64,000 nucleotides of DNA from NCBI GenBank assembly GCA_043228905.1, contig JBHGNT010000007.1:10850001-10914000 (forward strand). Reading direction: 5' to 3'. This DNA comes from Azolla caroliniana (lineage: Eukaryota > Plantae > Polypodiophyta). The notes beneath the pieces are model-generated. The model did not search any database. It saw nothing but the letters and a program-made list of their open reading frames with translations, and had not been told where the DNA came from. Positions 51,101 through 63,589 of this stretch are shown here, piece after piece; positions within the stretch are counted from its first letter, which is position 1; each line of letters opens with the position of its first letter. The position numbers and the translations under genes are program-made.

Positions 51101-54100
51101 ACATGGAGAGAATAAAATTTAGGGACCAATGTGTTTCAGAAGAGATTGTAGAGTCTATGAAGTCATCCCTAGACTTAGTGAAAGGTGTAGAGAGCTTAGA
51201 CAAACTTGCTGCAAAGAGGGCAGCCCTACACATGGTTGTGAACGGTGCGAGAGGAAAAAAATATAGTGATACTAAAGTTGCCTTAGCCCTGGGTATTCAA
51301 AGAAGGAACTTGAGGAAACATCGCCAAAATATACACTCAAACAAATTCAAGTGGATGGGGTTGGGACGTAGACGACGATGTGATGCCTTATCTCAAGAGA
51401 TTATTGAGAAAGTGGATTCATTTTGGGCCAAAAATACGCGTGTCTCACCAAATAAGAAGGACGTGTGTAGACAACGAATAAGTCAGGGTAAGTACCAGAT
51501 TCACCCTAGACACTTCTTGGAGATGACAGAGGTATTCCATTTTTTTATATCATTTCACATTCCATAACTTTGTGTTTTGACCAACTGTATATTAATGTTT
51601 GCTATATATATTGGTTGATGTAGGCTGAATTGTACATGAACTTTAAAGATCAACATCCAAGCTTGACTGTTGGATTCCGCAAGTTCCAAGGTTTGAAACC
51701 ATTTTATGTTAGAAAATTAAATGAGAGGAATACATGTTGTTGTGTGTACCATGTGAAGATGGACATGTTAAGGCTAGCCGTGAATGCAATGCGTACTGAT
51801 TGTAAGGGTATACACGGGGAATTATGTGTCTGCACTTGTGAGATATGTAGACCAAATGGGGAGGATAATAGGTGTAATGCACGAAACATGACTTATGCAT
51901 CTGTTTCTGAGCTATGGAGGTCTTGTGTTTGTGAAAAAGAACCATCATGTGAGTGGCATCGTCGTACATGTCTATTAAGAACATGTAAGGTTTGTCCGCT
52001 ACCATTATTTTGTATGCAGGAGCTTGATTTGGGAAACAGTCATATCGTGAAATGGAAATATTTAGAGTATGTGACTGAAAATATTGGCAAGGGAGTTGTA
52101 ACTAAGCGTATCAAGGAAGTATATAAGGAGACATGTGCTGCTACCCTTGTCTCAGAATTTAAGAAACAACTTGGGGAGTTCATTCCACATAACTTCCGGA
52201 GTTATTGGCAAAATTCACAATTCAAGGAATGTATTAATAACTTACCAACGGGTGTCATCGTATCTGTTATTGACTTTGCAGAAAACTATACATTTAAAGT
52301 TCAGAATGAGGTTCAATCAATGCATTGGTACAATGATCAATGTACAATACTTGTGCATATTTGCTATTGGAGGCAAGACGGTGAGTTACATAAGAAATCA
52401 ATATTTTACATTTCAGATGATAAAAAGCATGATACACTATTTGTTCAACATTGTTTTAAGCTTCACCATGCAGATTTATTTTCTCTAGGGGTAACCTTTA
52501 ACCGTCATTGGGTTTGGTCTGATGGTGCTGCCTCGCAGTTTAAGGCGGCACGATCGTTCTACTTTATCGCCAGGTAATTTTTAATCCATATGTTTAGTAC
52601 TTACCATGCAATGTGTAAGGAAGTAATTCTTGTGTTAGTGCATGCATACTAATTATGTTTGTAATTATTAACAAACAGTACTATTCACATGGATGCATAC
52701 TAATTATGTTTGTAACTATTCGAATCTTGCACTTGTGAATGGATGCATGCATACTAATTTTGTTTGTACTATGTTTTAATCCATGTGAAGGGTTCTCCAT
52801 AGACACATTGTACTATGTTGTGTGTTGTATCTGTACTATGTTGTGTTTACAGGAGGATGTAAAGTACTCATCTTGTACTCATAGTATTGTCCGTCCTTAA
52901 GAGCATTGTACTAAGTATGTTTTAATCCATGTGAAGGGTTCTCCATAGACACATTGTACTATGTTGTGTGTTGTATCTGTACTATGTTGTGTTTACAGGA
53001 GGATGTAAAGTACTCATCTTGTACTCATAGTATTGTCCGTCCTTAAGAGCATTGTACTAAGTATGTTTTAATCCATGTGAAGGGTTCGCCATAGACACAT
53101 TGTACTATGTTGTGTGTTGTATCTGTACTATGTTGTGTTTACAGGAGGATGTAAAGTACTCATCTTGTACTCATAGTATTGTCCGTCCTTAAGAGCATTG
53201 TACTAAGTATGTTTTAATCCATGTGAAGGGTTCTCCATAGACACATTGTACTATACAAGAGGATGTAAAGTACTCATCTTCTACTCATAGTATAAACCAT
53301 ACTAAGTTAGTACTAAGTTATATCCATACTAAGTATCGATTAATCAATGTGAAGGGTTCTCCATAGACACATTGTAGTATGTTGTGTGTTGGTTCTGTAC
53401 TATGTTGTGTTTACAAAAGGATGTAAAGTACTCATCTTGTACTTATAGTATTGTCCGTCCTTAAGAGAATTGTACTAATTATGTTTTAATCCATGTGAAG
53501 GGTTCTCCATAGACACATTGTACTATACAAGAGGATGTTAAGTACTCATCTTGTACTCATAGTATAAACCAGACTAAGTTAGTACTAAGAATTGTACTAA
53601 GTATCGACTAATCAATGTGAAGGGTTCTCCATAGACACATTGTACTATGTTGTGTGTTGCTTCTGTACTATGTTGTGTTTACAAAAGGATGTAAAGTACT
53701 CATCTTGTACTTATAGTATTGTCCGTCCTTAAGAGAATTGTACTAATTATGTTTTAATCCATGTGAAGGGTTCTCCATAGACACATTGTACTATACAAGG
53801 GGATGTAAAGTACTCATCTTGTACTCATAGTATAAACCAGACTAAGTTAGTACTAAGTTATATCCATACTAAGTTAGTATTAAATGGATGCCAGTATTAA
53901 TGGAAGTGTAGTACTCTCTATTGACAACATAGTACTAATTTTGTTGGAAACCTGAGTTACAAAAGCAGGTATTTCTCCTTATTCAACATTCGTATGCAAT
54001 GGAATTACTTCGGGTCTGGACATGGAAAAGGAGAGCATGATGGCGCGGGGGCTGTGATCAAACGTGCCCTTACAAGTGAGCAGTTGGATAATAATGGTGC

Positions 54101-57100
54101 TAAGCTACAAAATGCACATGATGTTGTGCAGTGGCTAACATGGAAGATGTCAAATGATGGTAAGAACAGATTGTTTGTTGAAGTTCGCGCTGATGAGGTC
54201 GATAGAACTAAATCATATGGTTGTAAAACCGTGAAAGGCACACGCAGCACCCATTGTGTGTTAGGGTTTAGCCGCAAGGACACAACACAATTGTTACTAC
54301 GTAGTTTATCATGCTTTTGTTCCATGTGTATAGATGAAGCTTGGGATAAATGCATCAACCTATCAATCGTGGAGCCCTGGAAGTTGCAGAAGCTTGAGCC
54401 TGAACGACAAGATGATATTGAAGATGATGTGCATTCAAACGATATTGTATACTACAACCAAAATCAAGACTTGGCAGTTTTATTGGAAGTTGGAGATCAT
54501 TTTGCAGTGCTCAAATCTCCTCAGAATGAAGATTTAGAAGACTACTACATTGTGGTGTGCAAGCAAGGAAAGACATTATTGAAAGAAGTGGTGAGGGATG
54601 GCTGGGGCAACAATTTCAACGTTGGTGAGTCTGTCGTGTATGGAAACTATTATGCAAAGTTGCCGCAGTGCAAGAACACATATGCATTACTAAAAGAAGC
54701 ACCCATCGCAATAATCTACGCTGATGCCATTCTTGCGATCAAATTCAATATGACTCAAGCAAAGCACAAGGTTAAGGGATACAACACTGTCTACAAGGTC
54801 CCCCAAGAGGTTCATGAGCACATATTAGGGGAGGTCTCTCTATTTAATGCTTGAAAGTCACCCTCTCAATACATTGTACCCTCTCAATACTTGGAGTTCA
54901 CTATTAATTTTGATGATTGACAAATGAATTGATATATTTCATCTTTCTTCTAAAGTGTTTATGCCTGTCAACCACTTGTACTTATCTTTCATAATATATT
55001 AGTTGTTGTCAACAAGACTTGGATTTCTTCATTGCCGATATTGCTCATGTTTCCTGATGTTATTTGAGCATAGAAGTTTTGCAGAGCCATGGTAAAATGA
55101 GTAAAAATATTGTATATCTTCTTGATAAAGTCTAGATTCATTGCCGTTGGTGTGTCCTCTGTAGGCACATAAATCTGTAAGTTGAATTCAAATTATGACT
55201 TTAATATTGTAAGATTTTATACTGTAAGTTCATTCTTCAAGAAGCAAATGTGCAATGAAGCCTCAAATTCCTTAACAAAATAATCCAACTCCTGAAACAA
55301 TAATTTGTGATAGCTCAAAAAGGGGAGTGTTTCCTTACTACTGTTAGTGGATAGTTCATCCATTGGGATGATATCATCAAAATATGGCCCACATTGCTTC
55401 AACAATTTGCACAAATTCTGGTTACCCTCCAAATGGGATTGATGAAACAGTCTATACTTCAATAACACCCGATATTTTCTGTTTATCATCATTAACACCT
55501 GAAAACCTAAATTTTCCTAGCAAGCTAAGAAGAATTTCAAGCATTTTATCTACAACAGACTCAAAGACTTGGCAACTCATCAGGAGATGATCTCAAAAAA
55601 GAAACAAAACGTTGTAAAAAGAGGAATACTTAGATCAAAAAGTATATTCCCATTGTTTCTACAAAATACAGAAGTGGAATTTTGACATTGGCAATTGAAA
55701 CAGTATTTTGGTATCCAAATAGAGGTATTTCAGACATCACTAACAGCTAAAGTTCAAGTACAATCGGAAGAAAATCAGGCACTAGAGGGTAACTTGGCCG
55801 ATCTTGTAATGCGCTTGTTGTTGGTGCCAGATTTTACATTCTTCTTTATCTTAAAGCCTTTAGGTATGAGCTGACTAAGTGGCACTTCATCATCAGAGGC
55901 ATCAGAGATAGGCGTGGATGCGCGGGCACCTTGTACTGGTGGCAAGCTTGAGAGAGCAACTGTGTTTTCTGCAACTGCAATGCTTGTACACAAATCCACA
56001 AAGGTGCTGTCGATAGTCAAATTATCACTCATCTTTATTCCCCTATCATCATCAATGATGCCTGTACACTCGTTCTTATTAGACTCCTGTATGTGGACTA
56101 TGGCAGTAGTCATGGTCAACTCCTCTTGTACGGTGGCTGTCAACTCATTCTTAAGACTACGTGTACAATCAGGCTTATCTGTACAATCAGGCTCCTCATG
56201 TGATTCTGTACAATCAGGCTTATCTTCAGGGAAAGCGATGTTCTTTCCACGATCCATTTGGGCATTCTCAGTACAATCAAGCTCCTCTTCATTACTAGCA
56301 ATGTTCTTTCCATACTCCTCATCAGAATCTTTAGACAGTACTAGCACATTATCAGTAGACACTACTAACACATTATCAGTACAATCAGTCTGCTCTTCAG
56401 TACTTGCCATATTCTTTCCACACTCTTCATGGGCTTCAGTCTTCTCTTCAGTACTTGCCATATTCTTTCCACACTCTTCATGAGCTTCAATCTTCTCTTC
56501 AGTACTTGCCATATTCTTTCCAGAGTCTTCATAGGCTTCAATCTTCTCTTCAGTACTTGCCATATTCTTTCCAGACTCTTCATGGGCTTCAATCTTCTCT
56601 TCAGTACTTGCCATATTCTTTCCACACTCCTCATGGGCTTCTTTAGACATACTGTTGTTTGGACATGCCAGCTGCTCTTCACATATGAATGCTTCGTTTT
56701 TCTCACAATCCTCATGTGTGGAAGATGTGCTTCCAGAATCTGCCTCCGTGGAAAGGTTAATCCCAGAATCTGACTCTGCACTTGTGCTCCATGAAGTTCC
56801 CGATTCAGGCTGCTCTTGTAAACCTAATTAATGGGATTCCAAACAATATTAGTATCAACTCACATACTCAAAAGTTTGCAAACAATGAACATAGGGTTTT
56901 GGGCCACATTTTTACCTAATGTTACATGGTCATACTGTACAGCCGTAGATACCCCATTGCAAGTGGTGGGCTCGGTCATCTTCTCCACAACATCTAGGTG
57001 CTCAACAGTGTTGCTATGATCTATAGAATGCACCAAAAGCAACAATATAATAGGGTTGTTATGAGCTAAATCATTGTTTTCAAAGTCTGGCTTTTGACGT

Positions 57101-60100
57101 TTACCTGGGAGTGTGATAAATTCGTCTTCACGATCAGGTTTTGAACTCGTATCTCCGTCACCAAATATCATTTCGTCATCAGCTAGCAACACAAGTACAT
57201 GGTATTAGACAATGGATTAGGTTGACAACGCTCCTGACAGGTGAGAACTTATATGACTCACCATTGCATTCAACTTTCCTTTTCTTGCCGTTTCCATACA
57301 ACATTCTTGCAGCATTTCTCTTCTTACTGGGCTCTATTTCTAAAGACACATCATTTCTCTTCTTAGTGGGCTCTATTTCAAATTGTTGACCGGAGCTTGG
57401 GGAATTTGTTTGTAGAAGCATATGTTCCACTGCTCCAATGGCCCTTCTCATACATTCATCCTCATCATAAAAATCATAGGTTATTGGTAATGATGGTCCC
57501 TGAACCTTGGAATGTGCGGCAGATATTGAGGGTTTAGGCACAGGGGCTGGTAGTTCCATGACCTTCCCTGGCGTGGAGTTGCTTGACACTACGACATTCA
57601 TTGCAAGAAACAAAAAAACGTTGAACGTTAGTACCATCATCTAAAATATACAATGTAGGTCACAATGTACTCCTCACATAGTTCCTAATTTACTGAACTA
57701 GTACTAATAAGGAACAATGTACTGCTCACTTAGTTCCCAATTTACACAAGTAGTACTAATCATGCACAATATATACAAGTAGTACTAATCATGCAGAATA
57801 TACTACTCACTTAGTTACCATGTTACACAAGGAGTACTAATCCCGAACAATGTACCACTGTACTAATCATGAACAATGTACTACTCACTTGTTTCCTAAA
57901 TTAGTGGACTAGTACTTATAAGGAACAATGTACTGCTCACTTAGTTCGCAAATTACACAAATAGTACTAATCATGCACAATATACACAAGTAGTACTAAT
58001 CATGCACAAGTACTAATCCCGAAAAATGCACCACTGACTTTGTCAAATTTATAAGTAGTACTAATCTTGAACAATGTACTACTCACTTATTTCCTAAATC
58101 ACTGAACTAGTACTAATCCCGAACAATGTACTGCTCACTTAGTTCCCAAATTACACAAATAGTACTAATCATGCACAATATACTACTCACTTAGTTACCA
58201 ATTTACACAAATAAGGTACAAATCTAGTACTAATAGGGAACAAAGTACTACTCAGTTCCCAAATTACAAAACTAGTACTAATCATGAGCAATGTACTACT
58301 CACTTAGTTACAAAACTATTACTAATCATGAGCAATGTACTAGAAACTTAGTTCACAAAGTACAAAACTAGTACTAATCATGAACAATGTAGTAATTACT
58401 AAGTACTAATCCAACAAATGTAGATTGGTATTTTGCACACAAGTAATACTAAACGTGATATGTGTTCTACACACCTAGTTACATAACTTGTACTAATTAC
58501 ACCAACAGTATTGAACTTGAACAGTATTAGTACTAAACGTGATATGTGTTTCACACACCTCATTTCCAAATTACAGAAACTGTACTATTATTCAGCAATT
58601 TAAGTGACACCTTGTTCCCAAATTACATTACTAGTACTAATTTCCAAGTTACACAAACAATACTAACAGTCAACAGTGTACTATAAGTATAGTGTTTACT
58701 AAACTAATACTAGGCAAGTTACAATATAGATTGGACGATGTTGTACCTGGTTCCCTTTTAGTACTACTAATTCTGGAAAATATCCCTTCAACTAACTACA
58801 CATACCAATTATATATTAAGAGTACTGCCAATACTATCCCATTGTTGTTAGAGATACACTAATACTAATCCATTGTTCTCCTAAATTTTAAGTATGAATT
58901 GTGGCATATACTAGTTCTAGTCCAAATGATAATTGACATTATATAATACAAACAATAGAATAGTAGAGCCACATACCGTACGGGTGTACTTTTAAACCCC
59001 AAGCATAGTACCACTCAGCCGCAATTGTAGTTTTACAGTCCATACATGTATTCTCTTTCTCAAAATGATACTTAGCACATAGCACATGATATGTGTGCAA
59101 GCATGGTGTAATCACAACATCCATAGCCTCCAGCTTGAATCCGAGGCCACAAAATATACACCTGGAAGATTGCAAACACAAGTTATAATATATTAGCTGC
59201 TCACTTATTTATACCATAAAAGTAGAAATAAATAACTTTTAAAGCTAATACCGTGATATAGCTATACTAGTAATGGTACTTTCTATACCACTTGGGTGCT
59301 CAATTACAGATGGACACAAAGTATCAAAACCATTATGTTTTAAATCCTGCATCAAGCATGCAAGGTTCTCAGAATGCAACTTTAAGGCTGACAACTTATT
59401 ATCTATTTCTTCATGTGCATTCCTGCAAGTATCAAGGTCTGTCATCTGTGAATGTAATTGAGCACCCATATTGTTCAGCTCTTTCTTCAACTCCTCTTTC
59501 AACACCTCACTTTCTGAATTTTGGATTGTCGATGCAATCCATTCATATGTAGTCTTTATTGAAGAAAATTTCTTTTCTGCCTGTATCTCAGCTGATTTAA
59601 CTGCTTCCAAATCAGCAAGTAGTGCTTGTATTCTTGAGCTCATAGAAGCTATGCAACCAGCCATCATCTGTTCATGTTTTTCAGTCATTGTGGCCCGTAC
59701 CTTTGCCTCTAGAACTTGTTGGACAGGTGTTGTAGCTGGAATATCCACATGAGAGGTTCCAGATGACTTCAAGCCAGTGTTGGTACTGGAGGACCCTTTG
59801 TAATGTTCTGACCGGTGCCGATTAAAATCTTCCCAATTAACGTCGATGCCACCTTGAACTTCACATGCAAAAGCACGTGCAAAAACAGTACCCACCTCAT
59901 TGTTAGTGATTTGATTTGTATCATAAACATGTTCGTATCTCGTCTTCAATAAATTGATGTATTCCCTCTTCAAACCACTCATGTGGAATCCTCGCCTTGT
60001 GTCGGGATGTGCTGACCCCCAGGTTTTTAACAACCACTCTCTCAGCTCTGGGTAAACGTCAGGTCGTGCCCGAAGGAAATAATTCCATCCAAGAGGTGTG

Positions 60101-61409
60101 TCTCGACTGATGGACTGGTACTGCCAGGTCTTCTTTCTCTGTGTTGATGAATTCATCACCCTTTCTCTTGTGGGTGTCTTCTTGCTTTCTTTCATGGGTG
60201 TCCTTCTTCCTTCCTTCACTGGTGTCTTCACTTTCTCTTTCATCAATGTCTTCTTTATGGGTGTCCTTCTCGTCATTTTCCTAGTCAACACAATTCTCAT
60301 CAACACATAGCAAATCAATTACCATCAACACATCGCAATTACCATCAACACATAGCAAATCATCACATTGCATGTACAAACCACATGTACAAACCACATA
60401 GCAAATCATCACATTGCAAATCAACACACAATAACCCTAAATAGTCAAACACACAGAAAATAAAACTCATCCATGTCAAACACACAGAAAATAAAAACAG
60501 ACGAATAGGAAAGTCAAAGAAAACGAAAACTTTGTAAATCATCATAACCAACTCCATCACATCGCATGTACAAGCCATGTCCAACATACAAAAACCCAAA
60601 ATAGTAGGAAAAAAACTCATCCATGCCAAACTCACACAAAATAAAAACAGATGGACATGAAACATTAACAAAACAAAAACATAGCAACTCATCATAGCCA
60701 ACTCCATTTTGGCCACATGTACAAACATGTCTAACACACAACCACATCGAACAAAATATTGTGATACATTTTTAAAAGAAACACAGAGAAACACAGAGAA
60801 AACAAAAACATACCAGTTGGGCATGCAACACATAGACTATGAATAATCAAAACCTACAAATGGTCATACACATACAAATAAAAAACAGACAGAGAGGAAA
60901 CATTCAGAAAAAGAATACATACCAGTTGGGCATGCAACACAGAGAATACCTGGAGGTCGCTAAACTTGCAGAGGTACCACACCGTCTTGATTTCGATACC
61001 TTGGGAGACAAACGAGAAAACTTCAGGATGACAAACGAGCAAAACGTCAGAGGCTGCTGCAGAGGAGACAAACGAGCAAACTTCAGAGGCTGCTGCAGAG
61101 GAGACAAACTTCAGAGGCTGCTGCAGAGGCTGCTGCGTATACAGAGTTCAGAGATCGAACCTGGCACAGAGGGGAACACAAGAACAACAACAACGGGGAA
61201 ACAGAGAATCGAAGGTGGAGTGAGAGAGAGAAACAGAAAGAAAGAAAGAAAGAGACCTTCGAAGGTGGAGTGAGAGACAGAGAGAAACAGACCTTCGAAG
61301 GTGTCTGTCTGACAACTTCGAGGTAGAAGAGAGAGAGAGAGAGATAGAGAGTGAGTGAGAGACAAAGAGAAACAGACCCTCGACGGTGTCTGTCTGACAA
61401 CTTCGAGAC

Positions 61410-61463
<54 letters not shown>

Positions 61464-61552
61464 CAGACAGACAGAGAGACAGAGAGACAGAGAGTGAGTG
61501 AGAGACAGAGAGAAACAGACCTTCGAAGGTGTCTGTCTGACAACTTCGAGAC

Positions 61553-61594
<42 letters not shown>

Positions 61595-63576
61595 GAGAGA
61601 GAGACATACCAACTGACACGTTCGACTACCAATACCAGAGAGAGAGAGATTGACACTGACCACCTGTCACAATGGAAACCTTCTCCAGGTGTGCTTTCGT
61701 ACAACTCTACCTAGGAGACTGGGGCAACACTTAATGCATTAAATATGGCCTAGGGACATTCGAGTGTGACGTATAATATCTTTGAACATTCGAGTGTGAC
61801 GTAATGAATTTGTTTTTGGTTTTTTGAAATTTATTTACAATTTTTAATGTTTCTTTTCTTCTTCGATTTAGTACTAAATTTTTGGCCAAAAGTTGGTACA
61901 CCGTAGCATGCTTCGACCCATAGCTAATTAGTTGCGAGTAGCTAATTAGCTAGTAGGATAGCTAATTAGCTTTTTTACACAACTATGGTACTAGCTAATT
62001 AGCTAGTACCATAGCTAATTAGCTACTAGGATAGCTTATTAGCTACTTTACACAACTATGGCAGTAGCTAATTAGTTACTAGGATAGCTAATTAGTTGCC
62101 AGTGGCTAATTAGCTAGTAGGATAGCTATTTAGCTTTTTTACACAACTATGGTACTAGCTAATTAGCTAGTAGCTCATTAGCTGCCAGTAGCTAATTAGC
62201 TAGTAGGATAGCTAATTAGAAAAGACTAAGCTTATTAGCTACAGTATGGTATACCTGTTAGTTTTCTCCACTCATTTGGTAGAGTTGTACTGCAATCTCC
62301 CAAACAGAATGCAGCAATTCGACAGGCATGTTGAAAACAAAGCAGATGGTATGTGTGGTTGCATGGTTGTAGGTGAACCAACAAAGACGCAGTTTTGTCC
62401 TCCACACCTAACCCGCAAGCGATGCAACGTGCTTGAACTGTCAATAAATCATTTTCTGGTTCTACTTCATTTGGTAAGGGAGCAAGAATGTTCAAGTCCA
62501 AATCCTGTCTGGTCCTTACCATTCCCTCCACAAAATGTAGCTGCTTCTTAAGGCAGCTAACTACCTGTTCTTGATGAATGTATTGTTCCTTCAACGCAAC
62601 AGAGAAATTTACCGATTAATTATTCTTGTTGTTGAAAGATACACCAACTTTGCTCAGGAATCGTTAACTTACTTGAAGCTTATCCAAATTGTAATCTGCA
62701 ATAGTATTTACACCTAGAAGGTCCAGGTTCATTGAAAGAACCTGGATCTCTATTTGCAGTTCTATTTTATGCTGGGGATCCAGTGGCCCCTCTAATTCAA
62801 GCTCCTGTTGCGCAACCTATTCCAGATAATGCTTGATTAGCACATTTTACCCGTTATTTATAACACAATCACATACCAGCAAAACAATAGTTACCTGAAT
62901 CTTATTTCTAATTGTTGTAACAGCAGAAGTAACTTTGCTCTCCATTGCAGAAGCCATTGTGGCTTTCTCTAAATCAGTCTTAAAAAATGCCAATGTCTCA
63001 CAGGCTTCATGGACATTTTTTAGCATATAGCTAACCAATGTCTCACCTGTATCATCGACATTGGCTTTCCTTGGGTGTCGGTGTGGTGTATGCCCCCGGT
63101 CTTGCTGGGAGTCGGCAGTTGCATCAACAGTTGCCATGCTCCAAAATCTGTCTATTTTTTGTGCCAAGGTTCCCATCTTTCGGCATCTTTTTACCGATGC
63201 CTCACCATAGACTGCCCAAGCTACCCTATACATTTCAGGGTCTCTAGATTCCTTCGCTGTTTTGCAGTACTCATATGCAAATGCTCTAGCAAATGAAACT
63301 GACAACTCATTGTTGACTGGGATCTCCTGATGAACTTTCTGGTGCAGTCTCATGCAGTCATCGTACAAGTCGGCTCGTACATGCTTTAGCTTGACCTTGC
63401 CTTTGACTCTAGGCACTGTATATACTGTCATCCAGTCTATATCACTGATCAATTTATCACTTAGGACAGCAGGGTCAACACCCTCGAGTGACAGACCATA
63501 GGTGTTGTGGAAGTCCTCCTTTGTCTCGCAAAATTTTGCGAAGTTTAGCACTCTCGTATACGGAGGAACGAGCCAT
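48150..63576 (-). CDS. Element A cargo ORF2 (5' incomplete): unknown N-domain, coiled coil, RING-H2, acidic region, basic tail; exons 63576-62895, 62816-62673, 62588-62255, 48685-48150
   Basis: All junctions GT-AG with consistent phases (0, 0, 1). RING-H2 CIAC..PCNHTYHLLC..CLGDC; NNELSVSFARAFAYE motif shared with ORF2 of element B. Confidence 0.75.
48705..50014. repeat. TAGCTAATTAGCTA array, left part of ORF2-A intron
   Basis: Directly visible, with higher-order units containing CTTTACTCAACTATGGTAG. Confidence 0.97.
50926..54854 (+). CDS. Sola2-type DDD transposase of element B, intact; exons 50926-51531, 51624-52573, 53969-54854; 813 aa
   Basis: Open 2442-nt spliced frame; motifs RVSPNKKD, TCCCVYH, VIDFAENY, WSDGAASQFK, GSGHGKGEHDGAGAVIKR, CFCSMC. 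Confidence 0.9.
52770..53870. repeat. ~146-bp tandem repeat (8 units, two shortened to 122-126 bp) in transposase B intron 2
   Basis: The marker C(C/A)ATGTGAAGGGTTC recurs at 52781, 52927, 53073, 53219, 53345, 53491, 53613, 53759. Confidence 0.93.
55775..60276 (-). CDS. Element B cargo ORF2: basic TP-repeat N-terminus, unknown domain, coiled coil, RING-H2, acidic repeats, basic tail; exons 60276-59252, 59161-58977, 57588-57262, 57182-57105, 57020-56916, 56823-55775; ~922 aa
   Basis: GT-AG junctions with consistent phases give an open 2769-nt frame. RING-H2 CIFC..PCLHTYHVLC..CMDC; NNEVGTVFARAFACE..VNW; probable 5' UTR intron 60949-60281. Confidence 0.78.
56390..56645 (-). repeat. 51-bp (17-aa) coding tandem repeat x5 in ORF2-B
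   Basis: EAHEECGKNMASTEEKI-type units repeated five times. Confidence 0.95.
57660..58930. repeat. Degenerate AGTACT/TAGTACTAAT-rich repeat array filling the post-RING intron of ORF2-B
   Basis: Recurrent AGTAGTACTAATCATG..CAATGTACT units. Confidence 0.88.
61255..61605. repeat. Subterminal repeat of B: three GACCTTCGAAGGTGTCTGTCTGACAACTTCGAG-type units separated by GA microsatellites
   Basis: Units at ~61290, ~61376, ~61518. Confidence 0.88.
61920..62240. repeat. TAGCTAATTAGCTA array, right part of ORF2-A intron
   Basis: Continuation of the 48705-50014 array across element B. Confidence 0.95.
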
Positions 63577-63589
63577 CTAAAATATCATT

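Larger units (their letters stand above)
50015..61919 (+). mobile_element. Complete Sola2-like DNA transposon B (11,905 bp) nested in an intron of A
   Basis: TIRs GGGTAGAAGCACGCTACGGTGTACCA (50015-50040) and the reverse complement of 61894-61919, GGGTCGAAGCATGCTACGGTGTACCA (24/26 match); 4-bp TSD ATAG at 50011-50014 and 61920-61923; the A array resumes exactly after it. Confidence 0.95.

Noticed and set aside
60363-61704. Several 140-200 aa ORFs (SLSLSL-rich or hydrophobic)
   Set aside because: Products of GA microsatellites and low-complexity intron or UTR sequence of element B.
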